Positions 33,801 through 46,400 of a DNA stretch of 64,000 bases are shown here, in pieces. Positions within the stretch are counted from its first letter, which is position 1, and the number at the start of each line of letters is the position of its first letter. Source of the stretch: Tubiluchus corallicola (Eukaryota > Animalia > Priapulida); assembly GCA_030141605.1 (NCBI GenBank), contig JAQGDQ010000527.1:89473-153472 (forward strand), read 5' to 3'. A program made the position numbers and the translations under genes. Below the pieces are notes generated by a model. It ran no database searches. It was not told the DNA's origin and saw only the letters and a list, made by a program, of their open reading frames with translations.

Positions 33801-36800
33801 TCCGTGGTAAAGGAAACTGACCGATTTCCATACGAGCCCGAGCGCTAAACACAACACGGCTTACCAACTGTACAATAATTTCTTTATCCTCACAGGTTAA
33901 CTATTTTAAAGTAATATACAGTATAGTATATAGTGCAATGTATATAGGCCTTATTAAGGTGATTATTCCTGTATAATATAGACCATATATAGGCATATCG
34001 GACAATCGGCTAAACCGGACCACCCGCCCCACCCCAATTAGTCCGGTTTAATGAGGGTTGACTGTACTTAGCAATTTTGTAATTTCTACAAACATATTTT
34101 TTTTTCATTTTCACGTAATTTTCATGTATACATCATTGTTTACAACCCAGCTTCAAGATGCAAATTTTTTAACATTACGCTACAAATGAACTATAAACGA
34201 ACAACGATTTCACAAATTTCACTGTCCACAATGATACTGTCTCATAAGGAAATCGTCTTTCTAAATTTTCACTTCAAGTTACAGCAACCTGTAAACGACT
34301 CACACTGACAAATGATTTGGTGTTTTTAAATTTAATACACATAAGTAAATTGGTTGGCATCCTTCTGTCTCGGAAGGCAATGGAGTGTGCGTCAAGAGAG
34401 TCAGTTATTGATCACATTGATGGAGCTGCAGCGTCGACTGTGGCTGAGCAGTGCGATCCTTGAACGTCTCCAGGGCGCACGCCTGGGCAAGGTGTATGGA
34501 GATCCTGAGTTGCCCAGAAAACAGGAGCCCTCTCTCTTCCTCGCTGGTGTAGTGCAAAGGAAAGCGGAGCGATACGTTTGGCACCAGGTTGGCTGCAGGA
34601 GCTGCCGGAGTCAGTGAGCATGCTGCACTGGTCCGCCTTTGGGGCTCCACTCCTGATTTGGAAGGTTTACTCCTCTACACATGGCTGTTGGGTCACTTGA
34701 CCTCCTCCGCCCTCTAGCCGTTGGCTGCTTGTACAGCTCCTCCGCCTAGTGTCGAGATACAGTGTGGGCATCCCGATACAGGAAATAAGGCTTTATGATA
34801 TTCAATTGACATGTGACATTAGACAAGGTAAAAATGGAATGAAAGTTTGCCCTGTTTCCATAGGCTTTCCGAAAATTTCTTCGAAATTTTGATATTGCTG
34901 TTTTGTGATGACTGGGCCTTACAGAAAAAGCGTGAATTTGCAGTATTGGATCCGCAAAACCAGTCAATGCTTCAGCCTCAATTGTCTATGAATTACACCA
35001 TAGTGCTAAATCATTTCATGTGACAGCTAGGGGTGAGATTCTCTACCAGAAAGCGAATTCGAATCAAACCGAACTTCAGTGTTTCGAAATCGAACCGAAT
35101 TCGAATTGACAGTGAACGATTTTCGAACTAGTTTTCAAACCACCAGTAAAAATTAGTCTTACAAAGATCATGCCTATCACTAGATTTTGTTTTGCAATAA
35201 AACGACCAGTAATTTCTTTCAAATTGTGTGCAGAAATCGCAGCTAAATTATGATAATTGCATGTTGTTTCAATCGTTTTAATGATAAAGAACGTATGTGA
35301 TTGAAGTGCAGAATTATTCGAATCTATAGTTTTGAATTCGAATCGAGTTCGAACTAAAAAAACTCGAACGTTCGATGCTCACCCCTAGTGACAGCACTTC
35401 TAGCTTATGTAGCATGATGTGGAAAGGCTTGGGAAAGTGGATGTTGCAAACGACATAGAAAGATGTGCGGTTTGTGCGGATGACGCCTTGAAAACGTTTA
35501 ATAAATAACATATACTTTATACTAATTAATCTAATACAGTCAGATAAATACTTGTCAATTAGACCGACTACAGTGCTGTGAACGCTATGTTTATTAACCA
35601 AAATTGTACGAATGTGAAACTGATTACAAGCTTACGTGATGAATTTAAAGCAAAACCGGACTCAATCTAAAACTGTATGTCAAAAATATCTACTCTTTAA
35701 AATATTGAAAGGAAACATAGTATTTGTTCAAAAATGATTTGCATGAAAGAATTATTACCACATAAACACAATTTCACGTTTGCGACACTGGTTCTTCGCT
35801 GTTGCATGCATTTCGCCATTCGCTAATTAGGTGGGGACTAGCGTCTGCATTTCGGAAATGCATTTCACAAAAAGCAGGAGCTGTACCTCTCAGTTTAGAT
35901 GTGTCCATTGGTGACGAACTACACATGTTCGACAACTCATGCGCGGGCACAGCAGTAAATTTGAAATTTCAATTTTTATCTTAAAACTTGCCCAGTTTAT
36001 TTACAACACACTGAATCTCTTAACAGTAGGACTGTATTTCAATTTTCTGTTTTGCAAACATGTGCAACAAATTGTGTTAGTTTGTGATGTCCCCACTAGC
36101 TGGGCTCGCCCGCCATTAATTAAGATTTTAATCTATTATTCAATTATCAGAAACGCTTTTGCAGTATTAGTTGTGTTAAAATGTACGTATACCTTTTATC
36201 AGACTTGAAATTGGGTTAGTATATGAAAAATCATCCCGTCTTCCTTTAATAATATTACCTCTGCAATACTTGGTGCTGGAACTCTGATGCCTAAGCATCG
36301 ACTTCTAATGGCTGGTATGACTTTGCTCGTAGAGATACAGCAAAGGATGATGCGACATGTTGTCATGTATTTCTCCATGGTACGACGTAGAGCATGTTGT
36401 GCATCTTTTGTCAGCCGATCTACCTCAGTCAAAACCAAAACTGTAAAAAACAAAATGGTCGCTTGTATAGAAAATGTTGCACAGCAATTTTTACCTAAAA
36501 CAGATGTGCATATTAAGATTATGATAGGAAACTAACAACATAAAAAGTGCGAGCTGCTTCCATGTGGAATTAGCGACTGTTGCGGAGATCGTAGGCATCT
36601 ATTAGAATTAAATAGAACATTGTAGAAGAATGTTCCATTAGAATAATCATCTTACCTTGTAGAATGTCCTGGAAGTAAAACATCTAGAATGTTCCCTGGC
36701 GCGCTACATAACGTGAAGCAGGCCGCTGAGACATACAGATTCGCACGGACGCCACTTACACATTCTCTTGTATACTTGCATTTTCAGATACACTCAAACA

Positions 36801-39800
36801 TTTTCCAGATTTTTACGTTTAGTGTAATCATTCCGTGTTCCTTAATACTTTTGTGTTGTAGAATTCTCGCTTAATAAACTAGTTTAATTTGACGAAGTGT
36901 TTTCTGGTTTTCTCTACGAGCCTTCCGAGAGAAACAAAACACAACAGCGACCAATTTCATGTTTTTCTAAATCATTTAATTACGGGCAGCTTAAAGGGGA
37001 AGAAAATTGCAAAGACACTTTCCATACGAAGTTATATTACTTTACATTACGCTTATCTGTTTGAAACACTTATTAAATGTAACTGTTGTGTTTTGTTTCT
37101 CTCGGAAGGCTCGTAGAGAAAACCAGAAAACACTTCATCAAATTAAACTAGTTTATTAAGCGAGAATTCTACAACATAAAAGTATGAAGGAACGCGAAAT
37201 GATTACAGTAAATGTGAAAATCTGGAAAACGTTTAAGTGTATCAGAAAATACAAGTATACAAGAGAATGTGTAAGTGGCGTCCGTGTGAAATCTGCGTGC
37301 TTCCCTCTCAGCGGCCAGCTTTGCCTTATATAGGTTCCAGAAGCTTTGTTCCAGAACATTCTATACAGTAAGACGATTATTCTAACGGAACATTCTACAA
37401 TTCTACATTCTAACAGTCACTTTGTTTACATCATTACATCAGTGTAACTACGTGTATATCGCTATTTATAAAAATGTAGGATCAATTATGCGGAGTTATT
37501 TGAGATTTGAGAATATTTGAGAATTGGGATGTTTTTGAGACAATTAGGTGATTGATTCTACATTACCATGAAATCTAATGCCTACTGTATTAGTTTACTA
37601 TCGGCTCGTATTTACCGATAGGCAAATTCAGGCCGACGTCTCCCCGCTTTTATCCAGAAAAACCGAGATATGTGTACCAAGAGACAGCTTCCCTTTTCAT
37701 CACTTGACCGCTCCACTCGTATATTCTAGCTCTAAGTTTTACCTATAGATTTTCAGCCCAGGCCATTCACCTCGGTCAAACCTGCTCGCTCAAGATCTAG
37801 AACTTATCGTCAAAATACCACAAGTCTGCACCTCCTATTGGCTGATCTGGTTTGGTGCTATTAACCCTTTCAGTCTCAAATTCTTTTTTTAATAAGAACA
37901 ATTTTTTTGACTTGGTACTTTTGTTCAGTATGTCCATCTTGTTTACACATAATAATTATTTTTTCTACCTGTGCCCGCGTGCTAAATATAGCCTGTATCC
38001 CACGGGATACATTGGGATTCATTGGAAGCATAAAATGTGCTTCATTTTGCAACTGCTGATAATTTTTTAAAGTATTTAAGACATTTAGTATGCATGCTAT
38101 GCTGATCTGTACAAAGTCATCTCTAAAGTACTGTACCTTGCACAGTTTTTTATGCTATGTAGATTTTATAGTTTGCCATTTTGTCACTATTTTTAGTCTA
38201 TTGTTATTGGCTTAAATCAAAATAACTATTAACAGATCAAATAACTGTCAGTTTTAAAATTTTATTAATTTTAAAGGCAGAAAATATTCTCGTATCCCAC
38301 GGGATATAACGGGTGTGAAAGGGTTAAGAGGCAATACAGTTTACTACTTGGAGCGGCTTCCACGATTTACCTAAATTGACTCTCGAAGAAATACAGAACC
38401 TAAGACGAGCCGTCAATTATATGATTAGCACGTTAAATCCTACATGACGGTACAATAACAAACCTTTGAAGTTTTTCTGCTGCGACGTCTCCAGCTGTGC
38501 AGACTGTGCAACGTTCTTTACAACCTCCTGGATGACAAGACGATCATTGTGGCCTACATCACTGTAACAAAAAACAAACATAACTATATATAACTATAAA
38601 AAACTATCAAATTAGATATAAAGAGTCTAGATTGGTTGAATACCATTTGGAATAATGGGATTAGGAATTTTTTTCTTTACAATGGCGCACACATATAAAT
38701 TTATTACCAGTAATTACCGATTTAAGCTTTCCGTACTACGGTCAGTCAGTCTGTCGGATATATTCGGTTATTTCCGTGAACTTAAACCTGCGATGTGATC
38801 AATCTATTCCGAAATTGTGATTCTTGTCTGGATACTACTATAGTGATTCCGGCTACAAATTCTACAAGTGACAGGACATTCTCAGCCCTGCGTAGAGTAA
38901 AGACTTATTTGCGGAGTACGATGACTCAAACTAGACTGAACAATCTCATGACTTTGCATGTACATATGGATAGAACAGACCCTCTCAACCTGAAGGAAAT
39001 TGCGAACGAGTTTACTGCTAGAAATGAGCGGTGCAGATGTGTGTTTGGGAAGTTTTAATCAATCATGTCATCATTGAGTATGTGTAGTGCTCTATTATAT
39101 TATAACTCTGTATTATAAATTATAATATACTCTTCTATATGTTGCTGCTGTATTCTTCTTCTACCTGTTCTGTATCTGTGGCCGAACCACTTTTCAAAAG
39201 CCAACTACAGCCCTGCGTAGTGACATGCTTCTGTTCGAGTCGCAGACTTCATGAAGCAATGTCTTCCGTTATGGAACGAATCGGTGCAGCATCTTTGTAA
39301 AATCGTTAGCAATGATGTCAGAAACAAAACTGGGTTTAACATGAAATGTTTAAGCAGGTTAAGAGGGTTTAGTAATAGTGCTGCTTTGCTGTCACGTAAA
39401 TTGAAAGTAAATGATTTTATGAAACGATATATTAGTGCAAACAAAGAAAACATTATTAATTAATTAATAATAATAATAATAATAATCTTTATTTAAAGTC
39501 GGCTTTTGGGTCAACAATTAACATTAGCTCAAAGAGCTATTATCACCGACTGTAAATAACAACCTACAACTACATAACAGAGACTATTATTACCCCACTT
39601 TTACTCTAAATAGCACGCGCCAGGCAGGGCAAAGCAGGTACCATTTTTAAAGTCTTTGGTATGACCCGGCCGCTGGTTCGAACTCGCGACCTCCCAGACG
39701 GAGACGCTACCACTAGACTAAACCGTCTGGTCAAATATTATGGTCTGGTCTATTAACGAAAATATTATTAAGGAATCATTGTTAGTGATGGGTGGAGTTC

Positions 39801-40907
39801 TTGAAGTTGGGCTTGATAATAGCCAGATAGCCATATTAATAGATTATGTCGCAACACTGTAAAATTACTACTGATTTAGTCTTGTATCTAGGGCGGAAAT
39901 ATTAGTATTTATTCTTTTCCACTAACCCGGTCATAAGTTATATCATTAACATTAATTCATTCACTAAATGGGTGGAGTTCTTGAAGTTGGGCTTGATAAT
40001 AGCCAGATAGCCATATTAATAGATTATCTTGCAACACTGTAAAATTACTACTGATTTAGGCTAGTGTGGAAATATTAGTATTTATTCTTTTCGACTAACC
40101 TGGTCATAAGTTATATCATTAATATTAATTCATTCACTAAACTTGCTAACTATTAAAAAGGGTGCTGATGTTTAAAGAATTGCACGAAATGAATGTTATA
40201 TTTATGTTAGAAATTATAAACAGTAAGTCCTCGCTTAACGACGCTAATGCGTTCCAGCAAAACGCGACGTTAAGTGAAATGCCATTAAACGAAGCCAAGA
40301 CTTCCATAGAAAGTAATGTAAAAAAGCAGAGATACGTTCCAGAGGCAAAAATCAATAAGATTTTATGAGTTGTACTCATGTTTACACTGATTAATTTCTG
40401 TCTGTTTGCTTTACCACCTGTATATTTTACTTACCTAGGTAATAGTTTCTCTTTAGTTAACATTTAAGTAAAAGCAGCGGTTAAACGATAAACACTGCAG
40501 CAGAGTCAAAGCCAAGTGCACCATGAGCTTGGGAATTTTATCTAGTCTGGTTACTATAGCAACAAGTTGCAGGCAAAATTTCTTGCATGAAGTTTGCTCC
40601 CAGATCTCGTGTAATACAAATGCCAAAGGGCTAGCATTTAGCGGTCAGTCCGCAAGCAAAAACACACGCACTTGTATAATAATTGCACTGTCGGTGTTAC
40701 TAGTGCATTTTTAGAACAGAATAACACAATATGTCTGTTTAATGCATCAAATTAGATAAAAAAGTTGTTGATAAAATAAAAATTGGCTAAGTAAAAAAAT
40801 TATCGTTAAAATGAAACAGTACGTCGTTACGTCAAAAAAGGTGTCAAATGTTTAGCGTCACTAAAACGAAACATTGCTAAATGGGGAGTCGATAAGTAAA
40901 GACTTAC

Positions 40908-40982
<75 letters not shown>

Positions 40983-43163
40983 GAACTTGCTGTTTCTTTT
41001 CACATAAAGCTCATTACAAACACACGAACCTACAAAAAACTGCCTGTCAGCTTTAACTGTACGAACATGCTGATGTTCTAAGAAGAATCGTTGTGATGCA
41101 TAAACCTGGTCTCATTCATATAAAAAATTAGCAATGATTGCTTCTTAACATTTATATTCCAGAGTGCAAATTAATAGCATTCAAATTTCACAAAAGCTTC
41201 ATATAATCAGCGCAAAAGCTTAAAGTTAGAATTCGAATTCTGTTCGTTTTTCAACTGTTAATAAAAATATTAGTACAATATGACCGAAACAGATTAAAAC
41301 AAAATATAAATATAAGATTATAACTAATTTTTAGTTAAGTCGTATAAGTGAAGGGGTGTTGTATGAATGTAATCTATCTAGTCAGCCACCTCAATCAGCC
41401 TCTAATTAGCTAATGGAACCTATTCTCATAAATTCCCATGTTTAATTAAATACTCTATCATGCCTTTCTCATATCCAGAATCTTATACTAAATATCATTC
41501 AGACAGTTTTACCTAAGCTATGCTTTAGATTTTAGTGAAGAAAAGTTAATGTTAATGAAACTCACTGTACATAAACACATCATGTCTCCTAAAATGTGCA
41601 CACCTAAGTTACGTATTTTCCAAAGATCTAATATTTAAAATCACACAACAACAACTTTGTGCCAAGTCATCAAATCTCACCACCCCATTTCATTTTGCTG
41701 TCATATTAATTTGTTCGCACACCTCCAACAACATTATCAAGATTTTAGCCTGCACCTCACGCATGTTTTCGAGTTTGCTCCTTTTTATATTAACCATTAC
41801 CGTACAAACCCACCATCCATGTCCACCACACCACAACTCCTAGCACATCCTAACAGACTTGTTCAGAGCATATTGTTCAAGTGTTTAAGTCGTCTGGTTT
41901 TTGTGAAGTTTTTGTGCCTGTCATTTAAAATAACTATTAAATGTTCACCTAGGATTCACTTCAATATGGTAGTTGCTCGCAACAGTGACGATTTCCAGCT
42001 TTTTTCCCGCAGGAGTGGTAAAACTGGGATGTTCTATTCGCAGTTTCTCCACACCGGAACCGTACAGTTCACGCAGCAGACACATGATGCGGGTTTTTTT
42101 TCCGGCACCGCTTGGTCCATACACCATAAGATGAGGAAAGTCGCCACTCTGTACCTGGACATTAAGAAATTAATAAAATAATGATCCTTTTATGGGTAAG
42201 TTTTGGCTATGTTCGGGCCTGTTCGGAAGAGTCCTGGTACTGATTTTTAAGAAACTTAGTACCCATATTGGTGCTTACATGGGGTTAAAAAACTAAAAAA
42301 ATTATTGCACTAAATTTAGGTATTGGAGCTCATTTACGTCATTATGCTGTATGCAATTAACACAAAAACCCATCGAATATTGAAGTTATTATTTAAACTG
42401 CTACTTAAAGTGTTATTTAAATTTGGATTCTCGCACAAGAAATGCAAAGCTATGCAACTTCTATTTTATAGCATTCATATAATCACATGGTACTAGTCAT
42501 AGCGTGTTTATGTGATTATTTGTTACAGATTATATAATTTAGGATACCAAACCTTGTTATATACAGTTGAAATAAATGGTGCAAAAGTGACCCATGTACA
42601 TAAATAACCTAATTTATGACTGTAACAGCATGTAATGTTAGCATTGTTTAACCTCAATATCAGAATAGTAACTATTGATATTATACTATAATAATTATAG
42701 TGCAATTTAAAATATCAACTATGCCTAGTCTCCAAACTAGCTCAGAGTCTACCGTAATATAACAGTATTTGTGACAATTTTACAAGTGTTTTCCGCCACT
42801 GTCTTAAAAAGGTAGATCTTAAACACTTTTTGAAGAGCAGAAGTCTGCTGAAGTAATCAGTACTGTTTTCTTCTTTTTTCAATTTAATTTAATTGTTTTT
42901 AAATTTAATTTATTTTTTCAATTCTTCCATGGCGAATGGAGTGGTCGTTACCAATATGGTTTTTGCCCTGATGTGAAAACGATCCTTGAAGACAAGTAAA
43001 CATAAGTAAAACTAAAACTTTTAAAAGTAAGCAAGTATAACAAGCTGTCGAACCAGCTCAAATCCAATTAACTTACAAGTTTTTTAAGATGCGCAGCTTG
43101 TTCTTTATGATAATCGAGCTTACTCAAATTAGTTGGTCGATATTTATCTACCCATAAACTCAT
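28631..43163 (-). CDS. RFC3: Replication factor C subunit 3 (RFC 38 kDa), ~355 aa, 8 coding exons
   Basis: Exons 43077-43163, 41949-42154, 38464-38561, 36259-36440, 33546-33682, 31331-31429, 29311-29380, 28631-28819. Shows [10 protein letters not shown], Walker [26 protein letters not shown], the SRC motif and [11 protein letters not shown]. Confidence 0.97.
30729..30923. repeat. (AAT/AAC)n microsatellite, expanded SINE tail
   Basis: Directly abuts the SINE 3' end at 30924. Confidence 0.95.
30924..31171 (-). mobile_element. tRNA-derived SINE with a Meta-like core
   Basis: Homologous to 39486-39732; core gtcataccgaagccc...aaaaatggtgcctactgttgccctgcttggcac. Confidence 0.75.
31549..32335. mobile_element. 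MITE with long TIRs and subterminal ~20/40-bp tandem repeats
   Basis: tataggtgttacatgtcaaatgtagac versus gtctacatttgatgtgtaaaacctata; ggtaactcaaatgtag array at 31570-31910. Confidence 0.8.
32429..32623 (+). mobile_element. PIF/Harbinger-like MITE
   Basis: TAA|gggctggattcac...gtgaatccgcc imperfect TIR. Confidence 0.55.
33742..34064 (+). mobile_element. MITE family C
   Basis: TIRs and TA TSD as in the other copies. Confidence 0.9.
34350..34775 (-). mobile_element. Headless copy of the SINE body (no 5S)
   Basis: Matches 16351-16775 along its length and begins exactly at cgggatgccc, the 5S/body junction. Degenerate TSD ataagtaaat / atacaggaaat. Confidence 0.85.
35028..35387 (+). mobile_element. 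hAT MITE family B
   Basis: TIR taggggtgag, perfect 8-bp TSD gtgacagc. Confidence 0.92.
35649..36245 (+). mobile_element. Kolobok-like non-autonomous element
   Basis: TTAA|AG...CT|TTAA; homologous to the copies at 22247 and 46762. Confidence 0.75.
36578..36946 (+). mobile_element. Solo LTR family 2 (BEL/Pao-like)
   Basis: TGTT...AACA termini, perfect 5-bp TSD gcgac, internal aataaa. Confidence 0.85.
37084..37415 (-). mobile_element. Solo LTR family 2 (BEL/Pao-like), opposite orientation
   Basis: TGTT...AACA termini, TSD gtaac/gtcac, reverse-complement match to 36578-36946. Confidence 0.85.
37865..38323 (+). mobile_element. piggyBac-type MITE
   Basis: TTAA|CCCTTTCA...TGAAAGGG|TTAA. Confidence 0.88.
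38740..39214 (+). mobile_element. hAT transposon 3' remnant encoding the C-terminal dimerisation domain (pseudogenic)
   Basis: [41 protein letters not shown] is the hATC (ZMYM1/Tip100-like) signature; the remnant ends in ...acagccctg. Confidence 0.85.
39486..39732 (-). mobile_element. tRNA-derived SINE with a Meta-like core
   Basis: Minus strand has a tRNA-like A/B box (agtggtagcg...gagttcgaacc), then ccgggtcataccaaagactttaaaaatggtacc, and an (ATT)n tail. Confidence 0.8.
39788..40140. repeat. ~180-bp tandem duplication (2 copies)
   Basis: atgggtggagttcttgaagttgggc...attcattcactaaa occurs twice. Confidence 0.9.
40221..40908 (+). mobile_element. MITE family E
   Basis: Homologous to 12209-12917. 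Confidence 0.85.
40908..40978. repeat. (TA)n microsatellite
   Basis: Starts at the MITE's TA target site. Confidence 0.95.
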
Positions 43164-43436
43164 TTTAAAATAGTAAAATTCACAGCAAGAACTTCACTGA
43201 AAAAATTTGTTTTATTGCTTGACTGCAGAAAATTCCCGCGATTACTTGTTGACAGCTGTTGCGCCCTCTACAGTATAAAATGAGTATAAAGTTTCTTGAT
43301 TTTGCTTGCTGTACCAAGGCCGGTGTGATAACAACCTCGTCGCTGGTTTTGACTGGTTAAGTTTGCACGTGCCTGGGAAACTTTTTAGTTTTTGAAATTT
43401 TAAGTAATATTAAAATACTACTTCTGTAGTTGCGTC
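43164..43436. promoter_or_regulatory. Bidirectional promoter RFC3/MTHFD1
   Basis: Divergent ATGs are 273 bp apart. E2F-like TTCCCGCG at 43233-43240, CTCF-like GCGCCCTCTAC at 43261, CHR-like TTTGAA at 43391. Confidence 0.75.
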
Positions 43437-46400
43437 ATGGCTCGTTTAATAGATGGCAAATCAATTGCAAGTGATGTAAGATCATGCATAGCACAGACAG
43501 TTCAAAAATTGAAAGAAGAGCATGGCCTTACACCTGGCCTTGCCATTGTACAGGTAAAGCATTTCACTAACACTTAAAGATTATTGTGACAGCTTGATTT
43601 ACTTTAAAATTGAATTGAATTGAATTGAAAAAAAACTTATACAGGCAGACTTAATAGTACGCTTGATGTTTGAACACTAAAGAGACACAACTTGAATTTC
43701 CCTGCTTTTAAGCAATAGTTTAGATGGCAAGTTAGGATTTACAGGATTGATCTATTTTCTTTAGCGTAGTTATGACATGTTTTTCAAGCACAACTTGCAT
43801 ATTATCGCCATCTAATAAAGTTGTCACACAGTTATTGAACTAGTAAAGATCCTAAAGTAGCTGCATTTTTATTTTGATGACTTAACAGATCTATTTGCTT
43901 GTTCTATCTAGGTTGGTGACCGCAGTGATTCCAATGTGTACATCAAAATGAAACTTCGGGCTGCCGATGAAGTCGGAATAAAGGTTAGGCATATAAAGCT
44001 ACCCCAGCAAGTCACTGAAGCTAAATTGTTACAAGAAATCCGAAAGTTAAATCGTGATTTGTCCGTCCACGGAATTATTGTCCAACTTCCGCTAGACTCC
44101 AGCGAGAGCATCAGCTCAGAGGTGGCAACAAATGCTGTTCTTCCGGAGAAAGATGTGGATGGAATTCATGATGAAAATGCGGGCAGGCTGTCCAGAGGTG
44201 ACCTGAAAAGCGGTTTCATACCATGCACACCGCTTGGCAGTCTTGAGTTGATAAAGCGTACTAGAATGGAAATCAAAGGGGTTGAAGCAGTTGTGATTGG
44301 ACGCAGCCAAATTTTAGGCTCGCCAATGGCTGACTTGCTGAAATGGAACCATGCTACAGTGACAAGCTGTCACACTCGCACTAAAGATCTAGCTGAAGTG
44401 GTCAGAAGGGGAGACTTGGTTGTTGTTGGTGCAGGGGTTCCGGATCTAGTAAAAGGAAGCTGGATCAAACCGGGGGCAGTAGTTATTGACTGCGGCATTA
44501 CTGTCATTGCAGACGACAGTGTAAAGAGCGGCCAACGGTTGGTGGGTGATGTTGAGTTTGATACTGCAAAGCAAGTGGCTTCCTGGATTACTCCTGTTCC
44601 AGGTGGTGTTGGACCGATGACCGTAGCGATGCTGATGTCCAACACCGTGGTCAGTGCACAGAGAAGCCATTTTGCTCATCAGCTAGTTGCATCTTGGAAT
44701 CTGTCCTACTTGCCACTAGACCTCAAAACTCCCGTTCCTAGCGACATTGAAATCGCCAAAGCTCAAACTCCCAACGACATTGCGGAATTAGCTGCAAAAG
44801 TAGGAATCTTGCCAAGCGAAATTGATCAATACGGTAAAACAAAAGCCAAAGTTAGACTTGATGTGTTGCAACGGCTGAGCAGTCAGCCAAACGGAAAGTA
44901 CTTTGTGGTTACAGGAATCACTCCCACGCCTTTGGGTGAGGGCAAAAGCACAACGACCATAGGATTAGCCCAAGCTTTGGCTTCCCAACTACACAAGAAT
45001 GTATTTGCATGTGTCCGTCAGCCTTCTCAGGGACCTACGTTTGGCATCAAAGGAGGAGCCGCGGGGGGCGGATATTCCCAAGTTATACCAATGGAGGATT
45101 TCAACTTGCACTTGACCGGCGACATACATGCTATCACGGCAGCAGATAATCTGTTAGCAGCCCAGATTGATGCTAGGATGTTTCATGAATCAACTCAGAC
45201 CAACCAAGCTCTTTATAAGCGCCTCGTGCCCGCTACGGGTGGCAAGCGCGCATTTTCCAAAGTTCAGCTTGATCGTTTGCAGCGGTTGGGAATCGACAAG
45301 ACTGATCCCGCTTCACTCACTACTGAAGAAATCCAGAAATTTGTGCGTCTAAACATCGATCCTGGCACTATTACGTGGCAACGAGTAATTGATACGAACG
45401 ACAGATTTCTCCGGAAGATTACGATAGGTCAGTCTCCTACCGAAAAGGGAAAAACGCGAGAATGTCAGTTTGACATTACTGTTGCAAGTGAAATCATGGC
45501 TGTGCTCGCTTTGACAACTAGCTTACGGGACATGCGGGAAAGGCTTGGAAAAATGGTTGTTGCAAGCGATACAGAAGGACGTGCAGTTTGTGCGGATGAC
45601 TTAGGCATCGGTGGTGCTTTGACAGTTTTGATGAAGGATGCCATACGCCCAAATTTGATGCAAACTCTAGAAGGGTCGCCTGTGTTCGTTCATGCAGGAC
45701 CATTTGCGAATATTGCGCATGGAAACTCGTCGATTTTAGCAGACCAGATTGCCTTGAAACTTGTTGGAAAGGATGGCTTTGTCGTGACTGAAGCTGGTTT
45801 TGGAGCCGATATTGGAATGGAAAAGTTCTTTGATATCAAGTGTCGTTACTCGGGACTGGTACCGAATGGCGTCGTGTTAGTTGCAACAGTTCGAGCATTG
45901 AAGATGCATGGTGGGGGACCAACAGTTACTGCTGGCATGCCGTTGCCATCCGAGTATCTCGAAGAGAACTTGGAGTTATTAGAAAAAGGATTCTGTAATT
46001 TGAGAAAACAGATAGAAAATGCGTGCAAATATGGCGTTCCAGTGGTCGTTGCGCTAAACCGTTTCGCTACGGATACGAACAACGAACTTGAATTTTTGCA
46101 ACGATTGTCCAAGGAAAGTGGAGCCTTTGATGCTGTGGTGTGCTCTCATCATGCTCACGGAGGCAAAGGTGCCAAAGACCTTGCAGAGGCTCTTTTGCGT
46201 GCATCAGAAGCACCGAGTAACTTTAGATTTTTGTATGAACTCAAAATTCCTTTGGCCGACAAGATAAGAATCATTGCACAGGAAATATATGGGGCTGACG
46301 ACATCACGCTCTCGGATGCTGCTGCCGAATGCTTGGAACGATACACTAGACAGGGATTTGACGAATTGCCAATATGCATGGCGAAGACTCACCTTTCATT

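Noticed and set aside
43280-43436. Upstream ATG giving a mitochondrial-targeted MTHFD1 isoform
   Set aside because: The frame stops at ~43360, and the plausible splice does not put it in frame with the ATG at 43437.
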